Of a DNA stretch of 64,000 nt, positions 14,105 through 26,100 are shown in pieces. The position numbers and the translations under genes are program-made. Under the pieces are notes generated by a model. It searched no databases, was not told the DNA's origin, and was given only the letters and a program-made list of their open reading frames with translations. Within the stretch, counting starts at the first letter, position 1; every line of letters begins with the position of its first letter. Source of the stretch: Macrostomum lignano (Eukaryota); the NCBI GenBank assembly GCA_002269645.1, contig NIVC01001546.1, positions 1 to 64,000 of the forward strand, written 5' to 3'.

Positions 14105-14173
14105 GAAAAAATTGCCAACGAGGAGCTACGCTCGCTTCGCTCGCTTCGCTCCTCGTTGGCAATTTTTCCGGAC
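14101..14173. other. 26-bp-stem hairpin with a GCTCGCTTCGCTCGC loop; candidate rolling-circle element terminus
   Basis: gtccgaaaaaattgccaacgaggagc ... gctcctcgttggcaatttttccggac with one mismatch, located exactly at the right end of the duplication. Confidence 0.7.
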
Positions 14174-15231
14174 TGCACTTCGACCTAACTAGTTCGCGCA
14201 AATGGGCTGCCTTCTTTACAAGAATGCCGAAGCCACGGAGCGCAAGTGCGCAACGCTAGGGCCATCGAGACCGAGAGCCTGCAATCCAGCCAGGAAAAAA
14301 CAAGCGAAGCTCTTAAGTCCGTAGCCATTGCCTTTGACCGCACCGAGTCGTCAATCGCGCTATTAAGAAAGCCTGCTATACTGCAGCCATACTGATCTAT
14401 AAATTTGTTAAGTTTTCGAGATGCCACAAGTAAGATACTCGTACTTTAAAGAAAATATGTCCAATTTTTAATTCCAAACTTATTCTTGAATTTTGCGTCA
14501 AAAATCCAGGAGCGGTACCGACTCGCCGGTCATTCGGTACATTCGGTTTATTTTAGCTATAAAAGAAATATACAAGAAACTAAAAAAACAGCGTACGTAC
14601 AACAGTTGTTATTCAAAGCATACTCTACTAAATTACATCAATAGTCCAAAGTTTTAAGTATCGATTCAAACCTCAGCTTTTCTTCACTTAATTGTCCATC
14701 GTCAAATCAAAGTATTCCACCGACTTTATCTGAGCACTTCCTCCCTCGTGGATATTCAAAGCGATAGCCGTTACTCCCGATCTGAACTATCTCCACACGA
14801 ACATGTCCTTGTTTAAGGCATCCGATCGTGCATTCGTAGCCTGGTGGGGGTGTTAAATACCCCGTTTCTTCTTGCTGCAAGAAGTAGAAAGGCAGGACGT
14901 TACTGCAAGATCTTTTAAAGATTGTTTTGTTAAACACAAAGTCAAATATCTGCTTACCTTCTTTGACATATCGCTCTGCTAACGCTTTTCTTTCTTTCGA
15001 CTTGTCCATTGCTACTATTGTTATTCAAAAAAATATTTTTCAAGAACGCGGCAAAGTTGGAATTGTTGGACTCCATCTCTTCTCCTTTTATATACAAATT
15101 GTTTACACAGTGCCAGGGAATCCTCTTTGGTTGCTTCGCTTCCCCAGGAAGCGACACTCACTCTGGCCACCCCCTCCGCTGTACAAGGTTAAGTCTCGTT
15201 TTTCGAGCTGTGTGGGAAGAAGGGTCCAGTC

Positions 15232-16080
15232 CACAGACCACTAAGTATAACTAGACTGCGCATGTGGGGCAAGAAATGTGTGCCTCTTTCCAAGTAGGAA
15301 AAATGGCACCCCAGCTCCCACCCCCTCACGATCGATATTTTTGGCGTCCCTCTTTTGCCATGGAACACGGATTGCTAACCATTTAACCAACTTTATGTGC
15401 AACTAGCAATTTAACAGTTTAAATTCAGTATTACTCGTATTTTACGATTTATTTATTAAAAACTAAAAAAACCGTACAAAAACGCTGGCAGACAAAATAA
15501 GACTCTTCGAGCTGATAGCATAGAAGCAATAATAAAAGTAGATGAATAGCTCACCTGGTTCCGAATAGACTATAAATTAAGAAATATCGCTGCTCGAAGT
15601 AGTATCTGCCTCCTTCCGGGTCTTCTACCTGCGCGAAAAAGTTCTTTAGCTTTAGCCTAGTTTTTTCATTCTGATATTTATGAAGAGCATGGCCATGACT
15701 CGAATTAAATGGAGCTTGTGCGACTCGATGCAGTGCTGCTCGCGGATGCCGAATTCGAGTCAAGCTCAGGGAACAGAACAGCTACGTCACTGGAGAATTG
15801 GCTGTTATAGCTGACACGTCGAATAACAGACTCAGCACTGAGCAGCACACGGAAGACATCGCTGCTGGGAAAAATCAAGCCGCCAGTTCCTTCCTTCTTC
15901 AAAACATTCTTCAAGGCAACAAGTGAGCAAGGGGCACGAAAAGCTGGTGGCGTCTCGGAGCTGGCAGTCAGAGCTGACCTGCACAGAGCACATTCGACAA
16001 CTTTCAACATGCTTTGCACAACTGCTCCGGCAATATAGTACACAATAGACTGGAAAATCTCACAATTAGATGCATTCATA
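15232..16080 (-). pseudogene. P-element/THAP9-like transposase C-terminal remnant with a probable element terminus
   Basis: ORF 15705..16112 has YYIAGAVVQSMLKVVECALC...LVALKN...GGLIFPSSDVFRVL, like the P-transposase C-terminus. A shifted frame gives HALHKYQNEKTRLKLKNFF. CACAGAC...TAGAC...GCGCATG at 15232 resembles P-type ends. Confidence 0.6.
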
Positions 16081-17076
16081 CAGTGTCTCACCCTCTCTCC
16101 GCTGTGTCTCACCCTCTAACCGCTGTGTCTCACCCTCTATTCACTGTGTCTCACCCTCTATTCACTGTGTCTCATCCTCTATCCACTGTGTCTCACCCTC
16201 TATCCGCTGTGTCTCACCCCTTATCCACTGTGTCTGACCCTCTATCCACTGTGTCTCACCCTCTATCCACTGTGTCTCACCCTCTATCCGCTGTGTCTCA
16301 CCCTCTATTCACTGTGTCTCACCCTCTATTCACTGTGTCTCACCCTCTATCCACTGTGTCTCACCCTCTATCCGCTGTGTCTCACCCTCTATCCACTGTG
16401 TCTCACCCTCTATCCGCTGTGTCTCACCCTCTATCCACTGTGTCTCACCCTCTATCCACTGTGTCTCACCCTCTATTCACTGTGTCTCACCCTCTATTCA
16501 CTGTGTCTCACCCTCTATCCACTGTGTCTCACCCTCTATCCACTGTGTCTCACCCTCTATCCACTGTGTCTGACCCTCTATCCACTGTGTCTCACCCTCT
16601 ATCCACTGTGTCTCACCCTCTATCCGCTGTGTCTCACCCTCTATCCGCTGTGTCTCACCCTCTATTCACTGTGTCTCACCCTCTATTCACTGTGTCTCAC
16701 CCTCTATTCACTGTGTCTCACCCTCTATCCACTGTGTCTCACCCTCTATCCGCTGTGTCTCACCCTCTATCCACTGTGTCTCACCCTCTATCCGCTGTGT
16801 CTCACCCTCTATTCACTGTGTCTCACCCTCTATCCACTGTGTCTCACCCTCTATCCGCTGTGTCTCACCCTCTATCCACTGTGTCTCACCCTCTATTTGC
16901 TGTGTCTCACCCTCTATCCGCTGTGTCTCACCCTCTATCCACTGTGTCTCACCCTCTATCCGCTGTGTCTCACCCTCTATTCACTGTGTCTCACCCTCTA
17001 TCCACTGTGTCTCACCCTCTATCCGCTGTGTCTCACCCTCTATCCACTGTGTCTCACCCTCTATTTGCTGTGTCTC
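16081..17076. repeat. 21-bp minisatellite (CACTGTGTCTCACCCTCTATC)n, ~47 copies
   Basis: Tandem unit read directly; explains the TVSHPLS repeat ORF. Confidence 0.95.
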
Positions 17077-17390
17077 ACACTCCTATAAAGTTTTCCTACT
17101 GCTTTGTCGCACCTCCAATCATGCCCGTGTATGCTTCCACAGTTTTGCAATCGTTTTAAAAACAGATTAAATAAAAGCGGCACCCGGTCAAAGTAAGTTT
17201 CCTCTAGTAATTTGAGAAGTATTTAATTTCATTAAGTATATTTTTCATAATATTATTTTGCAATGAAATTTTCACAACAGCATTATAACAGCATTAGTAA
17301 CATTTAATAATCTTATTCTAACATACGGAAAAAACTACAGTAAATAAACCAAACACTAGAGCCAAAATCCAAATTTGAAACTGTTCAATA

Positions 17391-20300
17391 TTACTTCTCA
17401 ACTCCGTTCACTGTCACGACTATGTTTCGAGAACCTGCGATGGGGCAAATTGGGGTTGATAACGCGAGTGTTGCGAGCAGTATGACACCAAAAAGTAACA
17501 GTCAGACTGAAGCTGAAAGTTTCATTAACAATCAATCCCAAAACTCAAAGATCCCCAATCCCAAAACTGAAAGATCCCTAATCACAAAACTAAAAGATCC
17601 CTAATCCCAAAACTCAAAGATCCCCAATCCCAAAACTCAAAGATCCCCAATCCCAAAACTCAAAGATCCCCAATCCCAAAACTCAAAGATCCCTAATCCC
17701 AAAACTAAAAGATCCCTAATCCCAAAACTCAAAGATCCCCAATCCCAAAACTGAAAGATCCCCAAATCCCAAAACTCAACGATCATGATTCCAAAACAGA
17801 AAGATCCCAATGCTAACTTATTGATACCAATCCTAAAACTCAAAGATCTCCGATTCCAAAAATCAAAGATACCAAAGATCCCAGTGAAAAGCAGATTAGC
17901 GAGGCCAGACACAAAGCAGACTCACTTTTATGATTCCTGTGCTCGCACAACCAAATACCCTGCCAGGTGCCCAGGCACATCTGGCCATTGCTGATGGGTA
18001 TGGTGAGGCTGCAGCCAAGGATGGCAGCTTTGGCGTGCGCGGGCATGTCGTCGGGGCCTTCGCACGAGTGCTGATAGCGCTGGTCCTGGAGCGAATGAGT
18101 GCATGGGTTGATGACAGGGTCTCTAGATTGATAACAGGGTCTCTAGATTGATAACAGGGTCTCTAGATTGATAACACAGGATCTCTGGATTGATAACACA
18201 GGATCTCTGGATTGATAACACAGGATCTCTAGATTGATAACACAGGATATCTAGATTGATAACACAGGATCTCTAGATTGATAATAGGGCCTCTAGATTG
18301 ATAACACAGGATCTCTAGATTGATAATAGGGCCTCTAGATTGATAACACAGGATCTCTAGATTGATAATAGGGCCTCTAGATTGATAACAGGGTCTCTAG
18401 ATTGATAACAGGGTCTCTAGATTGATAACAGGGTCTCTAGATTGATAACAGGGTCTCTAGATTGATAACAGGGTCTCTAGATTGATAATAGGGCCTCTAG
18501 ATTGATAACACAGGATCTCTAGATTGCTAACAGGGTCTCCAAATTGATAACACAGGATCTCTAGATTGATAACACAGGATCTCTAGATTGATAACGGAAT
18601 CGCTAGATTGCTAACAGGGTCTCCAAATTGATAACACAGGATCTCTAGATTGATAACACAGGGTCTCCAAATTGATAACACAGGATCTCTAGATTGATAA
18701 CACAGGGTCTCCAAATTGATAACACAGGATCTCCAAATTGATAACACAGGGTCTCCAAATTGATAACACAGGATCTCTAGATTGATAACACAGGGTCTCC
18801 AAATTGATAACACAGGATCTCTAGATTGATAACAGGGTCTCTAGATTGATAACACAGGATCTCTAGATTGATAACACAGGATCTCCAAATTGATAACACA
18901 GGATCTCCAAATTGATAACACAGGATCTCCAAATTGATAACACAGGATCTCCAAATTGATAACACAGGATCTCCAAATTGATAACACAGGATCTCCAAAT
19001 TGATAACACAGAATCTCTAGATTGATAACACAGGATCTCTGGATTGATAACACAGGGTCTCCAAATTGATAACACAGGGTCTCTAGATTGATAACACAGG
19101 GTCTCCAAATTGATAACACAGGGTCTCTAGATTGATAACACAGGGTCTCCAAATTGATAACACAGGATCTCTAGATTGATAACACAGGATCTCTAGATTG
19201 ATAACACAGGATCTCTAGATTGATAACACAGGGTCTCCAAATTGATAACACAGGATCTCTAGATTGATAACACAGGGTCTCCAAATTGATAACACAGGAT
19301 CTCTAGATTGATAACACAGGATCTCCAAATTGATAACACAGGGTCTCTAGATTGATAACACAGGGTCTCCAAATTGATAACACAGGATCTCTAGATTGAT
19401 AACACAGGATCTCTAGATTGATAACACAGGATCTCTAGATTGATAACACAGGGTCTCCAGATTGATAACACAGGATCTCTAGATTGATAACACAGGATCT
19501 CTAGATTGATAACACAGGGTCTCCAAATTGATAACACAGGATCTCTAGATTGATAACAGGGTCTCTAGATTAATAACACAGGATCTCTAGATTGATAACA
19601 CAGGATCTCTAGATTGATAACACAGGATCTCTAGATTGATAACACAGGATCTCCAAATTGATAACACAGGATCTCCAAATTGATGACACAGGATCTCTAG
19701 ATTGATAACACAGGATCTCTAGATTGATAACACAGGATCTCTAGATTGATAACACAGGATCTCTAGATTGATAACACTATAACACAGGATCTCCAAATTG
19801 ATAACACAGGATCTCCAAATTGATAACACAGGATCTCTAGATTGATAACACAGGATCTCTAGATTGATAACACAGGATCTCTAGATTGATAACACAGGAT
19901 CTCTAGATTGATAACACAGGATCTCTAGATTGATAACACAGGATATCTAGATTGATAACACAGGATCTCTAGATTGATAACGGAATCGCTAGATTGCTAA
20001 CAGGGTCTCCAAATTGATAACACAGGATCTCTAGATTGATAACACAGGATCTCTAGATTGATAACACAGGATCTCTAGATTGATAACACAGGATCTCTAG
20101 ATTGATAACACAGGATCTCTAGATTGATAACACAGGATCTCTAGATTGATAACACAGGATATCTAGATTGATAACACAGGATCTCTAGATTGATAACGGA
20201 ATCGCTAGATTGCTAACAGGGTCTCCAAATTGATAACACAGGATCTCTAGATTGATAACACAGGATCTCTAGATTGATAACACAGGATCTCTAGATTGAT

Positions 20301-21109
20301 AACACAGGATCTCTAGATTGATAACACAGGATCTCTAGATTGATAACACAGGATCTCTAGATTGATAACACAGGATCTCTAGATTGATAACACAGGATCT
20401 CTAGATTGATAACACAGGATCTCTAGATTGATAACACAGGATCTCTAGATTGATAACAGGGTCTCCAGAAAGGATTTGAAACAACTAGTTCAGTTGTAAA
20501 GAAGGAAGAGTAGAAAGCTTTTTACTTACCTCTGGTACAAGACGATTCAATATCATTTCCATATCAGCTCTAAAAGTTAGAAAATATAAACAAATCAGGC
20601 ACTATCCAACACCACAAACCAAAAGTACACAATATACTCACTTAACGGATGCATCCCAGGACTAAAATTGGAATGATGAGAAATGTACTTTAATAAACAT
20701 TGACGTGTTATAGATTTTCAGTTTTCAGGAACCTTAGGCCACCAAAAGTGCATTTGGCCCCTATCTTTAAGCGTAAAAAATATTGATTGACTTACCTCGT
20801 TCAAGCACAAACTTGCAGAGGTATGCTGAACTGAAAGTACAGCGTGACAGTTGATAAGGACAGGTCATGAAATGCTTGAAATACTTTAGTATATTGAAAT
20901 AGTTTCAATATTATGAGAACGATCAACTCACGCAACAAGTTGACGGTTCCAATTTTGATTTTAGCAATCTCTGGTACAGACTTGATTAGATCCGTGATGT
21001 AGTGACAGCCTCGAGATTTGCCTGACACCTTCAGCACCGTCTGGTACCAGACTGTAGCACCGCTGACTGCGGCGGAGGCTTTCGATGAGTTTGACAGAAA
21101 TAGTGCCGT
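17391..21109 (-). CDS. yjbQ: UPF0047/YjbQ family protein; 6 exons; no genomic ATG
   Basis: Exons (21109 or 21040)-20932, 20830-20796, 20661-20642, 20569-20530, 18085-17926 and 17434-17391, all GT-AG with consistent phases. Protein: WYQTVLKVSGKSRGCHYIT...LQHTSASLCLNESWDASVKADMEMILNRLVPE...EGPDDMPAHAKAAILGCSLTIPISNGQMCLGTWQGIWLCEHR...SRNIVVTVNG. Confidence 0.9.
17535..17775. repeat. 23-bp minisatellite in the last YjbQ intron (GATCCCCAATCCCAAAACTCAAA)
   Basis: Tandem unit read directly. Confidence 0.9.
18112..20462. repeat. 20-22-bp minisatellite (GATTGATAACACAGGATCTCTA)n, ~100 copies, filling a YjbQ intron
   Basis: Tandem unit with GGTCTCCAAA variants, between exons 18085 and 20530. Confidence 0.95.
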
Positions 21110-21219
21110 CTTGCTTTAGAGTTGCTTGTATTATCTTTTAAACTTGGCGTTCTTAATTTTTAATATCGCTTTAATGTTTTAGTTTTTGTATAAAACACAC
21201 GGTCTCTGGGGGAAGTGGA

Positions 21220-21950
21220 CTGTCAGGAGAGACTGAGAAATGTCAGGAAAGGCTTAAAGATGCGGGAAAGGCTTAGAAATGTCAGGAAAGGCTTAGAGAC
21301 GTCAGGAGAGGCTCAGAGATGTCAGGAGAGGCTCAGAGATGTCAGGAGAGACTTAGAGATGTCAGGAGAGGCTCAGAGATGTCAGGAGAGGCTCAGAGAT
21401 GTCAGGAGAGACTTAGAGATGTCAGGAGAGGCTTAGAGATGTCAGGAGAGACTTAGAGATGTCAGGAGAGTCTCAGAGATGTCAAGAGGAACTGAGAAAC
21501 GTCAGGAGAGACTTAGAAATGTCAGGAAAGGCTGAGAAATGTCAGGAGAGGCTTAGAGATATCAGGAGAGGCTTAGAGATGTCAGGAAAGGCTTAGATAT
21601 GTCAGGAGAGGCTTAGAGATGTCAGAAATGCTTAGAGGTGTCAAGAGAGGCTGAGAAACGTCAGGACAGATTTAAAAATGTCAGGAAAGGCTTAGAGGTG
21701 TCAGGAGAGGCTTAGAAATGTCAGGAAAGGCTGAGAACTGTCAGGAGAGGCTTAGAGATATCAGGAGAGGCTTAGAGATGTCAGGAAAGGCTTAGAAATG
21801 TCAGGAGAGGCTTAGAGATGTCAGAAATGCTTAGAGGTGTCAAGAGAGGCTGAGAAATGTCAGGAAAGGCTGAGAACTGTCAGGAGAGGCTTATAGATAA
21901 CAGGAGAGTTCTAGAGATGTCAAGAAAATCTTAGAGATGTCAGGAGAGGC
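21220..21950. repeat. 20-bp minisatellite (CTTAGAGATGTCAGGAGAGG)n upstream of YjbQ
   Basis: Tandem unit read directly. Confidence 0.92.
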
Positions 21951-23138
21951 TTGTAATGTTACTTAAATAACGCTGTAAACTGTCTTTGCGACAAAAATTA
22001 TTTAATTCGAAAAAACAGGAAACTCACAATCTCACAATATGACAACATTTATGATGATTTGGCCACACGCGATGAACTGCGCATGGCGGTGCTCCGATAA
22101 TATACATCAGTAGCAGTAGCATATATATTTCAACCACATATCAATATTACAAGTAGACAAAGCTTTATTTCAATCAGTTGAAGCAAAAATAGGGATTATA
22201 CTTGTACTATTAATTTTCTGAAACACTCACGAGGCTGTAAATTAATTTAATATCTTTAATGACCCAAGCGAACTTACCAAACACCGGATACTGTATGTTT
22301 TACATTCTCTGGAAGGCATATCGTATAATAATTGTACATTATTAAGATGGACCCTAAACTGCAGCAGACAATGCGTCTCGTGCTGTACATTAAACGCCCC
22401 AAAACCGAAGAAGAAAGGTTGCATAACAAATATAACAAAATACACGGCAAAATAACCATGCATGGGGAAAGAGCGGAGAGACAGAGGGACGATTTTGAAA
22501 GCTGAAAGAAACTCAATTAAAATCAAGCAATTAAAGCTGGATAAAACAAATATTTGATTTTAGACAACATACTACTCAATATCGATTTTTATCGAGTAGT
22601 TAATAGGTATTTTTATAGCAAAATATATGCACCGAGTTTTGGCATTCAGGAGTCAACTGAATACGCATCAAGCATCAGGGAGAGGGGAGAGAGAAGATGG
22701 GGAGGAGAGGAGAGAGAGGAGAGTAGCCATTACAGGGTTGCTATCACCGATATGTATCGTTAATAAGTTTATACACTCCGGAGTGAAAATTGGACTTTTT
22801 AGACTTGACTACAAAAGCTGGGGGACAATGAAATAATTAAAGATACAACAGAAAGCACGCAAAAAATTAATTTAACCGTAAAACCCCCAAAGTCATGCAG
22901 CACAGATACTAGAATGTTTAAATATGGTACTAACGAAAGATGCGTTTATCTACTCCGTTTTCAGTAGCATAACTAGAATTTTTGTGTTTTTTTTAAACTT
23001 CGACTTTCTATAACCAGATCCATGCAACTTGGCATACTTCAGCAGTGTTTTCCTATTCAATTGTGTAAACTGAGCAAAAGTACTTATTCTAGTATCTGTG
23101 CAGAAAATAAACAAAGTTAGTAACAATATACATGTAGG

Positions 23139-26100
23139 TCACAGATCTGGTTGACTCGAATCGGTTGGCCGCAGAGCCACGACGGTGCCAGCGGCGACTG
23201 TAACGCCCCGGTCTCTGAGCATGAACTTGCCTAACTCTCTACTATTAGTATAGACGTCGAGGCATAGCGGCCGGTCCAATTGTAGTTCAACTTCGGCGCA
23301 GCAATTGCTGAGTATGTAGCGCGGATGCCGGCGCTCCAGCTGACCAGTGGATTTGTTAATCTGGGCTAGTAGGCGGATTATCGTGACCGGGACTGACACG
23401 GCTTGCTGGTGGAATATTGCTTGGTAGCCCTGGATAGAAAATAGTCGGTAAAGTAATTATAAACTATAAATCACCGCTTTGTAGAAATATGTGATTTCCC
23501 GACCTTCCCGGAGGGGAGTGGAGTTGAAAACTAATCCACTATACTAAATAATAATCATGCAGAAACATTTGATTTCTCAGCCGCCCCGGAGGGGGGTTGG
23601 AATCTAGTCCACTATACTAAATCTTATCAATTCAGAAATACGTGATTTGCCAACCTCTCCGGAGGGGGGTTGGAATCTAGTCCACTATACTAGATCTTAT
23701 CAATTCAGAAATACGTGATTTGCCAACCTTTCCGGAGGGGGGGGGGGTGGAATCTAGTGCACTATACTAAATCTTATCAATTCAGAAATACGTGATTTGC
23801 CAACCTCTCCGGAGGGGGGGGGTTGGAATCTAGTCCACTATACTAAATCTTATCAATTCAGAAATACGTGATTTGCCAACCTCTCCGGAGGGGGGGGTGG
23901 AATCTAGTCCACTATACTAAATCTTATCAATTCAGAAATACGTGATTTGCCAACATCTCCGGAGGGGGGGTTGGAATCTAGTCCACTATACTAAATCTTA
24001 TCAATTCAGAAATACGTGATTTGCCAACCTTTCCGGGGGGGGGGGTGGAATCTAGTCCACTATACTAAATCTTATCAATTCAGAAATACGTGATTTGCCA
24101 ACCTCTCCGGAGGGGGGGGTGGAATCTAGTCCACTATACTAAATCTTATTAATTCAGAAATACGTGATTTGCCAACCTCTCCGGAGGGGGGGTGGAATCT
24201 AGTCCACTATACTAAATCTTATCAATTCATAAATACGTGATTTGCCAACCTCTCCGGAGGGGGGGGGGTTGGAATCTAGTCCACTATACTAAATCTTATC
24301 AATTCAGAAATACGTGATTTGCCAACCTCTCCGGAGGGGGGGGGTGGAATCTAGTCCACTATACTAAATCTTATTAATTCAGAAATACGTGATTTGCCAA
24401 CCTCTCCGGAGGGGGGGGTGGAATCTAGTCCACTATACTAAATCTTATCAATTCAGAAATACGTGATTTGCCAACCTCTCCGGAGGGGGGGTGGAATCTA
24501 GTCCACTATACTAAATCTTATCAATTCATAAATACGTGATTTGCCAACCTCTCCGGAGGGGGGGGGGTTGGAATCTAGTCCACTATACTAAATCTTATCA
24601 ATTCAGAAATACGTGATTTGCCAACCTCTCCGGAGGGGGGGGGTTGGAATCTAGTCCACTATACTAAATCTTATTAATTCAGAAATACGTGATTTGCCAA
24701 CCTCTCCGGAGGGGGGGGGTGGAATCTAGTCCACTATACTAGATCTTATCAATTCAGAAATACGTGATTTGCCAACCTCTCCGGAGGGGGGGGGTTGGAA
24801 TCTAGTCCACTATACTAGATCTTATCAATTCAGAAATACGTGATTTGCCAACCTCTCCGGGGGGGGGGTGGAATCTAGTCCACTATACTAAATCTTATCA
24901 ATTCAGAAATACGTGATTTGCCAACCTCTCCGGAGGGGGGGGGGTGGAATCTAGTCCACTATACTAAATCTTATCAATTCAGAAATACGTGATTTGCCAA
25001 CCTCTCCGGGGGGGGGGGTGGAATCTAGTCCACTATACTAAATCTTATCAATTCAGAAATACGTGATTTGTCAACCTCTCCGGAGGGGGGGGTGGAATCT
25101 AGTCCACTATACTAAATCTTATCAATTCAGAAATACGTGATTTGACAATCTCTCCGGGGGGGTGGAATCTAGTCCACTATACTAAATCTTATCAATTCAG
25201 AAATACGTGATTTGCCAACCTCTCCGGGGGGGGGGGGTGGAATCTAGTCCACTATACTAAATCTTATCAATTCAGAAATACGTGATTTGCCCACCTCTCC
25301 GGAGGGGGGGGGTTGGAATCTAGTCCAATATACTAAAAATATGAAGAGAATCCATTTTTTCTGTGAAAATCATCAAAATTGTTATCAAAAGTCATCAAAA
25401 TTGTCTTTAAATAAGATTCTACTATTTATCGACTTAGTTTATGTCTGAACCATAGATCTTATATTCTAATAATTCTCTGAAGCTTTTGTTAAACATGTAT
25501 ATTAATATAATGTATATTATACTAAGATAAGAAAACAAAGAAAAATTCACCTTAGTAACCGGCTGGCTAACATTTAACAGAAGCAGTTTAGCTCTCAGCC
25601 GATTAGTACACGGACAGGGCGTAGTCACGGAGGACAGCACCGACCCGGGCCCGAAGTGAGCCGGATCGACGCCACCCCCGGAAACGCTGATAGTGCCGGA
25701 ATCGCCGGCAAAGATGGCCGAACCAGAAGCCGCGGAAGCATCCTGACCGCTAGATGTCACAGCTTTAACTGCTACCCGTTGATTAGCCGGCAATAACAAT
25801 AATTTATGACCTGGAGCCGCGTAGCCCGACAGTGCGTTGCCGAAGCAGGCCACCGCGCCGGAGCCGCCGGCGCCGCGACCGCCGGTGGATACCTCCGAGA
25901 TGTAGAAGCGTAGCGGCTTGTCAACCGATCGGGCTGGCGGAGTTAAACGATCTATCAGGTCAACCAGTGTTGGTCCTGATGCGTACCTTTTGGGGTGGCG
26001 ATTAGAAATTATTCGAAGTATTAATCATATTTGTTAATCATATCAACATAGTTTGTTCAGATTTATTATTTGTCTCCAGTGCAATATGTGATTTGACTAG

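Noticed and set aside
16014-17159. 381-aa TVSHPLS repeat protein
   Set aside because: It is the translation of a 21-bp (7-codon) minisatellite with no domain or start context. The ORFs at 147, 18583-19152, 26292, 27123-27676, 28502, 30843-31873, 35017-35590, 37355-37974, 40350-40869 and 49442-50845 were rejected for the same reason.
23465-25335. CRISPR-like regularly repeated array
   Set aside because: There are no unique spacers (only G-run length varies), no cas genes, and it lies in a eukaryotic intron.
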